Source of the DNA: an uncultured archaeon
GTDB taxonomy: Archaea > Asgardarchaeota > Heimdallarchaeia > Heimdallarchaeales > Heimdallarchaeaceae
Direction of reading: 5' to 3'
DNA length: 15,072 nucleotides
NCBI GenBank assembly: GCA_964534625.1
Contig: CAZHRF010000057.1
Coordinates: 1-15,072, forward strand
This document shows, piece after piece, positions 7,735 through 15,072 of this stretch. The position numbers and the translations under genes are program-made. Below the pieces are notes generated by a model. It saw only the letters and a program-made list of their open reading frames with translations. It did no database searches and was not told the origin of the DNA. The first letter of the stretch is position 1. Each line of letters begins with the position of its first letter.

Positions 7735-8517
7735 TTACTTATCCTTTGATTTCTTTGCTTCAACCAAAGCAATCGCATTACTTATTTCTTCCATATTAAT
7801 TGCACTGGTAACAACAATGAGATTTTTTTCACGCGCAATTTCAGCATATGTTTGTAATTCACGTAACTTCAGTGAAAATGGACTCTTTGCTAGGATTTCA
7901 GCTGCGTCTTGCATCTTTTGAGCTGCTAATTGTTCTCCTTCAGCTATAATTACACGAGATCTTTTTTCACGTTCTGCTTCTGCCTGTTTAGCAATTGCAC
8001 GCTGCATATCCTTAGGTAAGAGAACGTCACTAATAGCTACTTCGATTACTTTCACACCCCAAGCATCAGTTTTTTTATCCAACTCTTGTTGAATCTTAAG
8101 CGTAAAATCAACAGTATGACTTAATAACTCGTCCAAATCTGCCATTCCAAGTACATCACGTAAAACAGCTTTAGCGATATTTTCTGTCGCAAACCTAAAA
8201 TTTTCAACCTCAAGAATAGCTTTCTTTGGATCAAATACCCGATAATAAACAATGGAGTCGATATCACATCGCACATTATCTTTTGTTATAACGCGTATCA
8301 TACGAGCGTCATAAGTTACGGTACGCAAATCAACTTTAACAGTTTTATCTAAAATTGGGATAACCCAAAAAAGGCCTGGTCCCTTAAGCCCAATATATCT
8401 CCCAAGACGAAATACTAAACATCGCTCATACTCTTGAATTACCCGTACACCGTACAGAATAAAGATTAGAGCTACTATAGATACTATAATTACTAAAGTA
8501 ATAAAGAATTGCATCAT
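7735..8517 (-). CDS. SPFH/Band 7 stomatin-like (slipin) protein
   Basis: N-terminal TM, VIQEYERCLVFRLGR, GPGLFWVIPILD, VDLRT, ITKDNV, WGVKVIEVAI, AIAKQAEAEREKRSRVIIAEGE, and LKLRELQT. Confidence 0.96.
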   Translation of the reverse strand: MMQFFITLVIIVSIVALIFILYGVRVIQEYERCLVFRLGRYIGLKGPGLFWVIPILDKTVKVDLRTVTYDARMIRVITKDNVRCDIDSIVYYRVFDPKKAILEVENFRFATENIAKAVLRDVLGMADLDELLSHTVDFTLKIQQELDKKTDAWGVKVIEVAISDVLLPKDMQRAIAKQAEAEREKRSRVIIAEGEQLAAQKMQDAAEILAKSPFSLKLRELQTYAEIAREKNLIVVTSAINMEEISNAIALVEAKKSKDK

Positions 8518-8542
8518 ATTAAGTCTAATATATCAAAATACA

Positions 8543-8556
8543 TATTTAAAGCTATG
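8543..8556 (-). promoter_or_regulatory. putative TATA box for the stomatin-nfeD operon (probably leaderless transcript)
   Basis: TTTAAATA on the minus strand at 8550-8543, 26 nt upstream of the ATG at 8517. No SD is seen. Confidence 0.45.
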
Positions 8557-8658
8557 TAAATGCAGAAATTAGTGAATTCAAAAAAAAAAACATATAGGAT
8601 AAAAAAAATTGAATTTGAATTAAGCAAAAAAAGAGATATAATTGCATATAGATCTTCA

Positions 8659-10797
8659 TCATTTATTTTCATATAATTCATTATAGAAACGCATGGTATA
8701 TTCTTGAACCATACGTCGAGTAGAAAATGTATGAATTGAACTCTTAATACTCTCTCTTACGACATCCAACCAGTTTCGGGGTATGCCAGCATTATCTTGT
8801 TGATAATATAAAGCTCTGATCTCGGATTCTAGCACATTATAAAGTGAATTTGCATCAAACTCATCCATTTTATTTTGATCTTCAAATACAACAGTGGGGG
8901 ATCCTATTACCCAGCCATTATGACCATTGTAACCTTCTGCCCACCAACCATCTAATACCGAAAAATTAGGTATGCCATTCATAGCTGCTTTCATACCTGA
9001 TGTACCTGACGCTTCCAAAGGTCTACGGGGATTGTTCATCCACACATCAACACCTTGAATTAAAAATTGTGCCACATTCATGCCATAGTCTTCTAAAAAT
9101 ACCACGCGTCCTGAAAAGTCTGGATTAAGTGTATGTTGATAAATTTCTTGAATAAGCTTGCATCCAGCTTCATTATCAGGATGGCTTTTACCTGCAAATA
9201 TCAACTGAACAGGAAAATAAGGATTATTAACAATTCTTTTTAATCGTTCAACGTCTCTAAAAATTAAATTGGCGCGTTTATAAGGAGCAAATCGACGGGC
9301 GAACCCGATGGTTAACGCGTTAGGATCTAACATCAATCCCGAACTAATAGCTTGGGAAGAATTGATTTTGCCTTTCCTCCATTTATGTCTAGCTCGATCT
9401 CGAATATAAGTGAGCATTTTATTCTTAAGAAAACAATGTGTATGCCATAATTGACGATCTGGGATATCATACACTTTTTCCCAGATAAGAGCGTTTTCTT
9501 GTTGTTCCATCCAATGAGGATCAATATATTTTTGGTATAATTCTTGCATTTCAGTAGCCAACCATGTAGGAACATGTACTCCATTTGTTATCCCAATAAT
9601 TGGCTCGTAGTCGTATTTTTGCGACCAGAGAGATTTAAGATTAGTATTCATTGTTTTTGCATTAAGCTGGCTGACTCCATTAATAACAGAGCTGAGATTA
9701 ATGGCTAACATCGTCATATTAAATTTCCCTGTTCCTTTTGGGTATGTACCCAGATTGACAAATTCCTTTTTAGACAATTGCAAATCGTCCATCATCCATG
9801 CAAGGTATTTTTCGATCAGAGAAATCTCAAACTCTTCATGACCAGCAGGTACAGGGGTATGAGTTGTAAAACCCACTACTTTTTCAATTTCTTTTTTAGC
9901 TTCATCAAAACTGTATCCTTCTACCATTTTTCTCCTAACTAGTTCAAGTGCAGCAAAAGCTACATGACCTTCATTTAGATGCCAAATAGTGGGGTGTTTG
10001 TCTAACACCTCGAAAAGTTTGATACTTCCAAGACCAAAAACAATTTCTTGTCGTATACGCAGATCTCTATCACCCCCATATAAACGATGACTTAATGCTC
10101 TGTCTTCAGGTATATTTTCATCTAAATCCGTATCGAGGAGGTATAAATCAGTACGCCCCAATTTGATATACCAAATTTTGATTTTAACATCTCTATCTCC
10201 TAACCTTATGGAAATAATCAGTTCATCGCCATCTTTATCATACACATGCTGGAGGGCAGTTTTCGTAAAATCCGTTGTTTCATAATTAGCTATCTGCCAA
10301 CCTTCAGGAGAAATGGACTGAGTAAAGTAGCCTTGATAGTACATAAAACCAACAGCAATGAAATTCAACCCCAAATCACTGGCAGATTTACAATGATCAC
10401 CAGATAGAACTCCCAGGCCACCAGAATAGATAGGTAGACTGTGATGGACAGCAAACTCACAACTCAAATAAGCTATCAGTTTGTCTTTATGTTCAGGATA
10501 AACTTTAGGGAACCATAAATTATTCTTTTTCCAAGCAAGATCATAGAGATGCAAAACTTGGTCATATTTTAACAAAAATGAAGGGTCTTGAGCTACAGTA
10601 AGTAGTCTGTCGATTGGTATACGCTCAAGCATTGCGACAGGATTGTGATTGGTTTGATGGTATAGGGGTAAATCTAAAGCACGAAATAATGCTTTTGCTT
10701 CAGCATTCCATGACCACCAAATATCAAAAGCTATTTCTTCTAATCTTGAAATACGTTCGGGAAGCTTATCTTGAAATCGTGATTGTACTTTAGCCAT
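8659..10797 (-). CDS. glgP: alpha-glucan (glycogen/maltodextrin) phosphorylase, GT35
   Basis: WWSWN N-terminal motif, IYSGGLGVLSGD, HLNEGH, FTTHTPVPAGHE, ITNGVH, GFARRFAPYKR, FAGKSHP, and the PLP-lysine motif EASGTSGMKAAMNG. Start moved from 10935 to the ATG at 10797 (MAKVQ..., 712 aa) because the 46-aa extension looks non-coding. Confidence 0.96.
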   Translation of the reverse strand: MAKVQSRFQDKLPERISRLEEIAFDIWWSWNAEAKALFRALDLPLYHQTNHNPVAMLERIPIDRLLTVAQDPSFLLKYDQVLHLYDLAWKKNNLWFPKVYPEHKDKLIAYLSCEFAVHHSLPIYSGGLGVLSGDHCKSASDLGLNFIAVGFMYYQGYFTQSISPEGWQIANYETTDFTKTALQHVYDKDGDELIISIRLGDRDVKIKIWYIKLGRTDLYLLDTDLDENIPEDRALSHRLYGGDRDLRIRQEIVFGLGSIKLFEVLDKHPTIWHLNEGHVAFAALELVRRKMVEGYSFDEAKKEIEKVVGFTTHTPVPAGHEEFEISLIEKYLAWMMDDLQLSKKEFVNLGTYPKGTGKFNMTMLAINLSSVINGVSQLNAKTMNTNLKSLWSQKYDYEPIIGITNGVHVPTWLATEMQELYQKYIDPHWMEQQENALIWEKVYDIPDRQLWHTHCFLKNKMLTYIRDRARHKWRKGKINSSQAISSGLMLDPNALTIGFARRFAPYKRANLIFRDVERLKRIVNNPYFPVQLIFAGKSHPDNEAGCKLIQEIYQHTLNPDFSGRVVFLEDYGMNVAQFLIQGVDVWMNNPRRPLEASGTSGMKAAMNGIPNFSVLDGWWAEGYNGHNGWVIGSPTVVFEDQNKMDEFDANSLYNVLESEIRALYYQQDNAGIPRNWLDVVRESIKSSIHTFSTRRMVQEYTMRFYNELYENK

Positions 10798-10859
10798 TTG
10801 TGTCTCATTCCATACAGTTGTATGAAGGGAAAACAATACTATTATTATATTTTTTCTTT

Positions 10860-10896
10860 CAGAATAACGAGCTAAAAATACAGAATAACGAGCTAA
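10860..10896. repeat. perfect 16-bp direct repeat CAGAATAACGAGCTAA x2, 21-bp period
   Basis: Copies at 10860-10875 and 10881-10896, in the divergent intergenic region upstream of glgP. Confidence 0.9.
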
Positions 10897-11034
10897 TGTT
10901 TGGTGAAGATAGTGGAAAAGCGTAAACTCTAGCAATTCGATAAGTATTTATCTTCTATGTATCTAATTCCGAAACACTAGAAAAAAACACTAAATCTTGT
11001 TAAAATATTACGGGCAATTAAACCAAAAGTTTTT

Positions 11035-11050
11035 GTATCTTTTAAGATAC
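11035..11050. promoter_or_regulatory. inverted repeat GTATCTT-tt-AAGATAC, possible operator
   Basis: Perfect 7-bp arms between a TATA-like AAAAG-TTTTTGTA (about 11025-11037) and the ATG at 11060. Confidence 0.35.
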
Positions 11051-11059
11051 TGACCTATC

Positions 11060-11872
11060 ATGTCTGAAAAAAATTCCCAAGAAGAACCAATTATTGAACG
11101 TTCATTAATTATTTTAACAGATTCTGAGTGTAAAAGATTGATAGCTAAAGGGATTACCCACCACCCTTTAGTCATTAAAACTTTAAAGACGGGTAGAATC
11201 TTTATAGGGAGAGGAAGTACAAATGCCTACATATTAGAAGAATTAACAAATGAAGAGTTTGAAAAAGCACATTATGTAGCGGGTCAAGTCACAGGAGATA
11301 AAAAAACACTCCATAGATTGAGTGCACTTAAAGGCGAAAAAAGGCTACCCGAGGTTTTTCTAGAAAATGGTGAAGTTAAAAAAATTACCGATGAATTAAG
11401 CACATTCAGCCCCCATGATCTAGTTATTAAAGGAGGTAATGTTTTGGGCTTGGATGGAATAGCTGGTATCTATGCTGCACATCCAGAAGGAGGTACGGTA
11501 GGTAGAATTATTCCTGTAGCAACTGCACGAGGTATCCCCGTTATTATTCCTATAAGTTTGAATAAACTTGTTACTGAAGACGTGTGGGAACTCGCTCAAG
11601 TTATGGGCAATCAAACAATGAAAAAAGAATTTACGATGGGATTACCTATAGGCATAATACCATTGGTTGGCGACGTCTTTACTGAAATTGACGCTCTCTT
11701 CTTCTTATATCCTGATTTAGATGTATACCACATGGGAGCTGGAGGAGTTGGTGATGGTGCTGCATCACAACATTTCATGCTTGAAGGACCAGTAGAAGAA
11801 ATAGAAAGAGCTTACAATGAAATAAAAGCGTTAATAAAAAATGAAGAGCGTTATATCCCCGATCTAGATTGA
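11060..11872 (+). CDS. conserved-looking hypothetical protein, possible NagB/RpiA/CoA-transferase-like fold
   Basis: 270-aa alpha/beta, Gly-rich ORF. IGRGSTNAY, DLVIKGGN and IPISLNKLV resemble the RpiA motifs GLGTGST, IKGGG and IADESKLV in the same order. The CDS is solid; the fold call is tentative. Confidence 0.6.
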   Translation: MSEKNSQEEPIIERSLIILTDSECKRLIAKGITHHPLVIKTLKTGRIFIGRGSTNAYILEELTNEEFEKAHYVAGQVTGDKKTLHRLSALKGEKRLPEVFLENGEVKKITDELSTFSPHDLVIKGGNVLGLDGIAGIYAAHPEGGTVGRIIPVATARGIPVIIPISLNKLVTEDVWELAQVMGNQTMKKEFTMGLPIGIIPLVGDVFTEIDALFFLYPDLDVYHMGAGGVGDGAASQHFMLEGPVEEIERAYNEIKALIKNEERYIPDLD

Positions 11873-11971
11873 ATCATTAATAATTATCATAAATTAAGCA
11901 TAACCTAGAAGGTTAATGAATAGCTCCAGATAAATACTCCTCATAATTCTATTTTATCCTCGGGTGATCCA

Positions 11972-12682
11972 ATGAAATGTAAAGGTAAAATTATTGAAGG
12001 AACATTTTTAAGGAGACCAAATAGGTTTCTCTCTTATTTTAAAGTAAAGGGTGAACAACAAGAGCAGATGGCACATGTTCCTGATCCAGGACGATTAAAA
12101 GAATTACTCATTAAAGGTGCTCATATCGCTGTAAGAAAGGAAGATAATGCAGATAAGACCCGAAAGACTAATTACACACTTGTGGGAGTGAAAATGGACG
12201 ATAAATGGGTTAATATTGAATCGCAAATAGCTAATCAACTCTTTGAGGAAGAATACCAAATTATCTCAGATTTTAAGCATTTAGATATTATTAAACGTGA
12301 AGTTGTATTTGGCAAGAGTCGTATAGACTTTTTAATGTTTAATACTCTTACTTCAAAACAAGTCCTTATTGAGATAAAAAGTGCAACCCTTGTTAAAAAA
12401 GGATTAGCATTGTTTCCTGATGCACCAACAAAACGAGGGAAAAAACACTTGTTAGAATTGGATTTGGCTCTTGAAGCAGGATTTGAAAGTAGTGTAGTCT
12501 TTATGATAAAAAGAGAGGATGCAGATAGATTTTCACCTCATTGGGAAAGAGACCCAGAATTTGCAGCGACACTAAAAAAAATAAAAGAAAGAGGAGTAAA
12601 AATATATGCTTTACGATGTCATTACGATCCTATTCACCAGAAAGAATTAGTAATTTTAAATAAAGTTCCTGTAGAAATCTGA
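11972..12682 (+). CDS. sfsA: DNA/RNA nuclease SfsA (sugar fermentation stimulation protein A; OB fold plus PD-(D/E)XK)
   Basis: FLRRPNRF, HVPDPGRLKELL, SRIDF, IEIKSATLV, FPDAPTKRGKKHLLEL, DPEFA. GGGTGA SD at 11962-11967. Confidence 0.96.
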   Translation: MKCKGKIIEGTFLRRPNRFLSYFKVKGEQQEQMAHVPDPGRLKELLIKGAHIAVRKEDNADKTRKTNYTLVGVKMDDKWVNIESQIANQLFEEEYQIISDFKHLDIIKREVVFGKSRIDFLMFNTLTSKQVLIEIKSATLVKKGLALFPDAPTKRGKKHLLELDLALEAGFESSVVFMIKREDADRFSPHWERDPEFAATLKKIKERGVKIYALRCHYDPIHQKELVILNKVPVEI

Positions 12683-12957
12683 TCCAAGTTGCAACTCTTA
12701 GACTTACCATTACTGTTTTTTAATCGTTTTTAACAAAGTAGTAACAGTACTTCTGAAATAGTGTGAGGACACCTCAAAATCAAGAATTAAAGCGATTTAT
12801 TTTCGCTCTAAACATATCGAAGATGATATTAATTGGTTAATTCGGAAGTACTATAGTACATAAAAAAGTTTGGATAAACATTAAACCTTAAAATAAAGAT
12901 TTGATTAAGGAGAAAGCTTAAAATATTTCCAAAAAAAAGGATAATAGTGAATCAGAA

Positions 12958-13491
12958 ATGACACAAAAAGAAGGATGGTTACACAACCTTATTGAATCTT
13001 ATGGCCATGCTATAATGTATATCATAATGAGCATTATATATGGAATCATAGCTGGAATAGTATTTGTAGCAGGTTATTTTCTTAGTCTAACTACAGAAAC
13101 TACTCTTATGAATATTGTCAATTCCCTACCTGAAATTGATTTTGGAGACTCAGTAATCACTCTTATAGCTGTAATAATCATGCTATTGGGTGTACTATTG
13201 TTTCTATTAGGTGGTTTATCAGCATTCTTGTTTACAGCAACAAGGAATGACAGAATTGCAGTTTCAATATCGTTCTTTAAGGGATATGGTGTAAGTATCA
13301 AGAACCTTCTATCGTTCTTGCTCATTCTATTTCTGTTTGGTGGAGCATATTTTGCTGTAGATTACTTTGTTAGTGGGTTACCAGTAACAATAGTTATGTA
13401 TGTAGTAGCTGTAATTTATGTGTTAACACCAGTAGCGATGATCTTTAGAATTATAGATTATATATTAGAAATGAATATAGTTCCAAGGTAA
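12958..13491 (+). CDS. hypothetical integral membrane protein (about 4 TM helices)
   Basis: Four long hydrophobic segments. BRE/TATA-like GAAAG-CTTAAAAT at about 12912-12924. T-rich tract after the stop (13509-13536). Confidence 0.8.
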   Translation: MTQKEGWLHNLIESYGHAIMYIIMSIIYGIIAGIVFVAGYFLSLTTETTLMNIVNSLPEIDFGDSVITLIAVIIMLLGVLLFLLGGLSAFLFTATRNDRIAVSISFFKGYGVSIKNLLSFLLILFLFGGAYFAVDYFVSGLPVTIVMYVVAVIYVLTPVAMIFRIIDYILEMNIVPR

Positions 13492-13728
13492 AGATTCAAT
13501 ACTTTGGATTCTTTTTTTCTTCTTTTTCTTTTTTTGCTCCCCCTGAGTATTATTAAATTAGATTAAAAGTAACAGAAAGTTCAATCTAGATGTAACTCAT
13601 CATAAAGAATTACATTTATTCAGAGTTTTGTTTATAGTAATCTATTGAACAAAAGAGTAATAAACACTAAACAGTTATATTACTCAACAAAACAAGTAGA
13701 AACAATTCTACAATTACAGGTGTTACTT

Positions 13729-14844
13729 ATGAGTTTCAATTTAGTAAAAATTAAAGGTATACGAATACGCATTCATTGGTCATTTACACTACTTTTCTTT
13801 GGATTAATAGCTGGCATAGCGTTAACTGCAGGTGAAAGATTAGCCATTTTGTATGGCATAGGCTTTTTAGGTTTATTTGCTGCAGTAACCATTCACGAAC
13901 TTGTTCATTCTCTTACTGCACAATATTTTGGCCACCCCGTACACGAGATACTCCTATATCCATTAGGAGGGATGGCTAAAATCGAAGAAATGCCTCAAGA
14001 TTCTAAAGAAGAATTTTTGATCTCTCTATTTGGACCGTTAACTAATTTTGTTATAGCAGGAATAGTTTATGGAGTGTCCTTTGCGGTGAAAGCTTTTGAA
14101 TGGACAGCATTTCAGACATATTTCGGAAATCCACTTGAATATTATATGATCATTTATGCTGCTCTTAATATGTGGTTAGGGATTTTCAATCTCTTCATTC
14201 CTGCTATTCCTATGGATGGTGGAAGACTTCTTCGTTCGTTATTAGCTATTAAGATGCCATATGTGAAGGCTACAAGAATCTCAGTTCAAGTATCTAAGAT
14301 TGTTGCTTTTATTATGGGGATCATTGGCTTCTTTACCAATATATGGTTGGTCTTAATCGCCATATTCATTTATACAGCTAGTTCTGGTGAATTAGAGCAA
14401 AGTATCATACGCTATCTCCTTGGAGACACTAAAATAGAGACAATTATGTCAAAAGATCTTGTTTCTGTTACTCCTGAATTAACAATTAATGAATTCCTTG
14501 ATTATATGATAGAACAAGGACATTTAGGCTATACAGTAATTGATGATCAAGAAAACTATCTAGGCGTAGTTACATTATCAGACGCTCGAGGGGTTGAATC
14601 CGAATTAAGAGATAAAATCCAAGTAGGACAGATAATGCATACTGATGTCCTTTCAATTAAGAAAGGGCAAAATGCGAATGAAGCACTCAAACTGATGAAG
14701 AAGAACGATATTGGTAGAGTATTTGTTGAAGATCCAGATAGACCAAAACAATATTTAGGTATTGTTACCCGCTCGGATTTAATAAAATACTTACAAATAG
14801 CTGGTGTTAAGGAAGGAATAGGTAGACCAACAAGAAATAGATAA
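13729..14844 (+). CDS. site-2 protease (peptidase M50) with C-terminal CBS domain pair
   Basis: IRIHWSF, zinc motif HELVH, LYPLGG, GPLTN, FNLFIPAIPMDGGRLLRS. Two CBS domains (IMSKDLVSV...LGVVTLSD; IMHTDVLSI...LGIVTRSDL). Start moved from 13645 to the ATG at 13729, which has an AGGTG SD at 13718-13722. Confidence 0.95.
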   Translation: MSFNLVKIKGIRIRIHWSFTLLFFGLIAGIALTAGERLAILYGIGFLGLFAAVTIHELVHSLTAQYFGHPVHEILLYPLGGMAKIEEMPQDSKEEFLISLFGPLTNFVIAGIVYGVSFAVKAFEWTAFQTYFGNPLEYYMIIYAALNMWLGIFNLFIPAIPMDGGRLLRSLLAIKMPYVKATRISVQVSKIVAFIMGIIGFFTNIWLVLIAIFIYTASSGELEQSIIRYLLGDTKIETIMSKDLVSVTPELTINEFLDYMIEQGHLGYTVIDDQENYLGVVTLSDARGVESELRDKIQVGQIMHTDVLSIKKGQNANEALKLMKKNDIGRVFVEDPDRPKQYLGIVTRSDLIKYLQIAGVKEGIGRPTRNR

Positions 14845-14925
14845 GAAACTACCAAAAACTACAGTTGGTTTTTTAAACCAATTCTTTCTCTTATCCATTT
14901 CGCTATCCCTATTCACTTTTTTTAT

Positions 14926-15072
14926 TTGAACGTCTTCTTGAAAACCCCGTCCTTGAGGGCGGGGATGAAAAGAAGAAAAAACAATACACGTTTTAGCATA
15001 CAAACATTTTTGAAGAAAAAAACTAAGAGAAGGATGAAATGAAGGTCAACAGAGCATATAAGGTGAGAATAT
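14926..15072 (+). mobile_element. left end of an IS200/IS605-family element (tnpB-first, IS1341-like), continuing beyond the window
   Basis: TTTAT (14921-14925), then 19 nt ending AAAA, then the GC-rich hairpin CCCCGTCC-TTGA-GGGCGGGG (14945-14964). Outer complementary arms TCTTCTT (14933-14939) and AAGAAGA (14970-14976). This matches the IS608 left-end layout as I recall it, and a TnpB-like start follows. Confidence 0.8.
15039..15072 (+). CDS. tnpB: RNA-guided endonuclease TnpB, N-terminal fragment (truncated by window edge)
   Basis: ATG at 15039 gives MKVNRAYKVRI followed by T at the window edge, matching the TnpB N-terminal (K/R)AYK(F/V)R(I/L)YP pattern. It lies 75 nt after the IS hairpin and is not in the supplied ORF track. 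Confidence 0.75.
   Translation, partial: MKVNRAYKVRI

Noticed and set aside
7120-8517. Stomatin-NfeD pair as part of the CHAT system
   Set aside because: It is convergently transcribed with separate terminators and is a widespread stand-alone pair.
10860-10896. Direct repeat as a mini CRISPR array
   Set aside because: A 16-bp unit, a 5-bp spacer and only two copies do not fit CRISPR geometry.
10798-10935. 46-aa N-terminal extension of glgP
   Set aside because: Non-ATG start, runs through the direct repeat and AT-rich promoter DNA, and phosphorylase-like sequence begins only after M47.
8659-12682. Functional sugar cluster linking sfsA to glgP
   Set aside because: The SfsA name is historical and the protein is a nuclease-fold nucleic-acid-binding protein. 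Proximity alone is not evidence.
12848-12859. Perfect 12-bp palindrome GTACTATAGTAC in the sfsA downstream spacer
   Set aside because: A few palindromes of this length are expected by chance in 15 kb, and there is no positional support.
13645-13728. 28-aa N-terminal extension of the M50 protease
   Set aside because: The ATG at 13729 has an SD and matches the usual start of this family.
14945-14964. GC hairpin as an intrinsic terminator, or as an IS right end on the minus strand (followed by TTCAA)
   Set aside because: No U-tract follows on the plus strand. The 19-nt spacing, outer arms and downstream TnpB start fit a plus-strand left end better.
7538-15003. Other overlapping ORFs (7538-7921, 9333-9584, 11420-11614, 13074-13325, 14556-14855, 14791-15003)
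   Set aside because: Antisense or off-frame shadows of confident genes. The last one crosses the IS hairpin and has no HUH/Y1 TnpA motif.

Overview
AT-rich prokaryotic window with archaeal-style signals: GGTGA/GGAGG Shine-Dalgarno sites, BRE/TATA-like boxes about 25-40 nt upstream of starts, and oligo-T terminators. An Asgard/Heimdallarchaeia-like origin is only an impression. The left half holds a tight four-gene operon (628-6938): a 47-aa acidic peptide, a 505-aa protein with a CorA-like C-terminal two-TM topology, a 905-aa TPR-CHAT caspase/separase-like protease with an intact His/Cys dyad, and a 630-aa WD40 beta-propeller protein. Three of these four products share a [DE][DE][DE]xxTR motif. 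This suggests a protease-gated membrane-effector system (possibly defence or cell-death signalling) that I do not recognise as described. The rest is mostly housekeeping: a stomatin/SPFH plus NfeD-zinc-ribbon pair, alpha-glucan phosphorylase, an RpiA-like hypothetical protein, SfsA, a 4-TM protein and an M50 site-2 protease with CBS domains. The window ends in the left end of an IS200/IS605-family element and the first 11 codons of tnpB, with a predicted target/TAM of TTTAT. All family calls come from motif recognition by eye; no searches were run.
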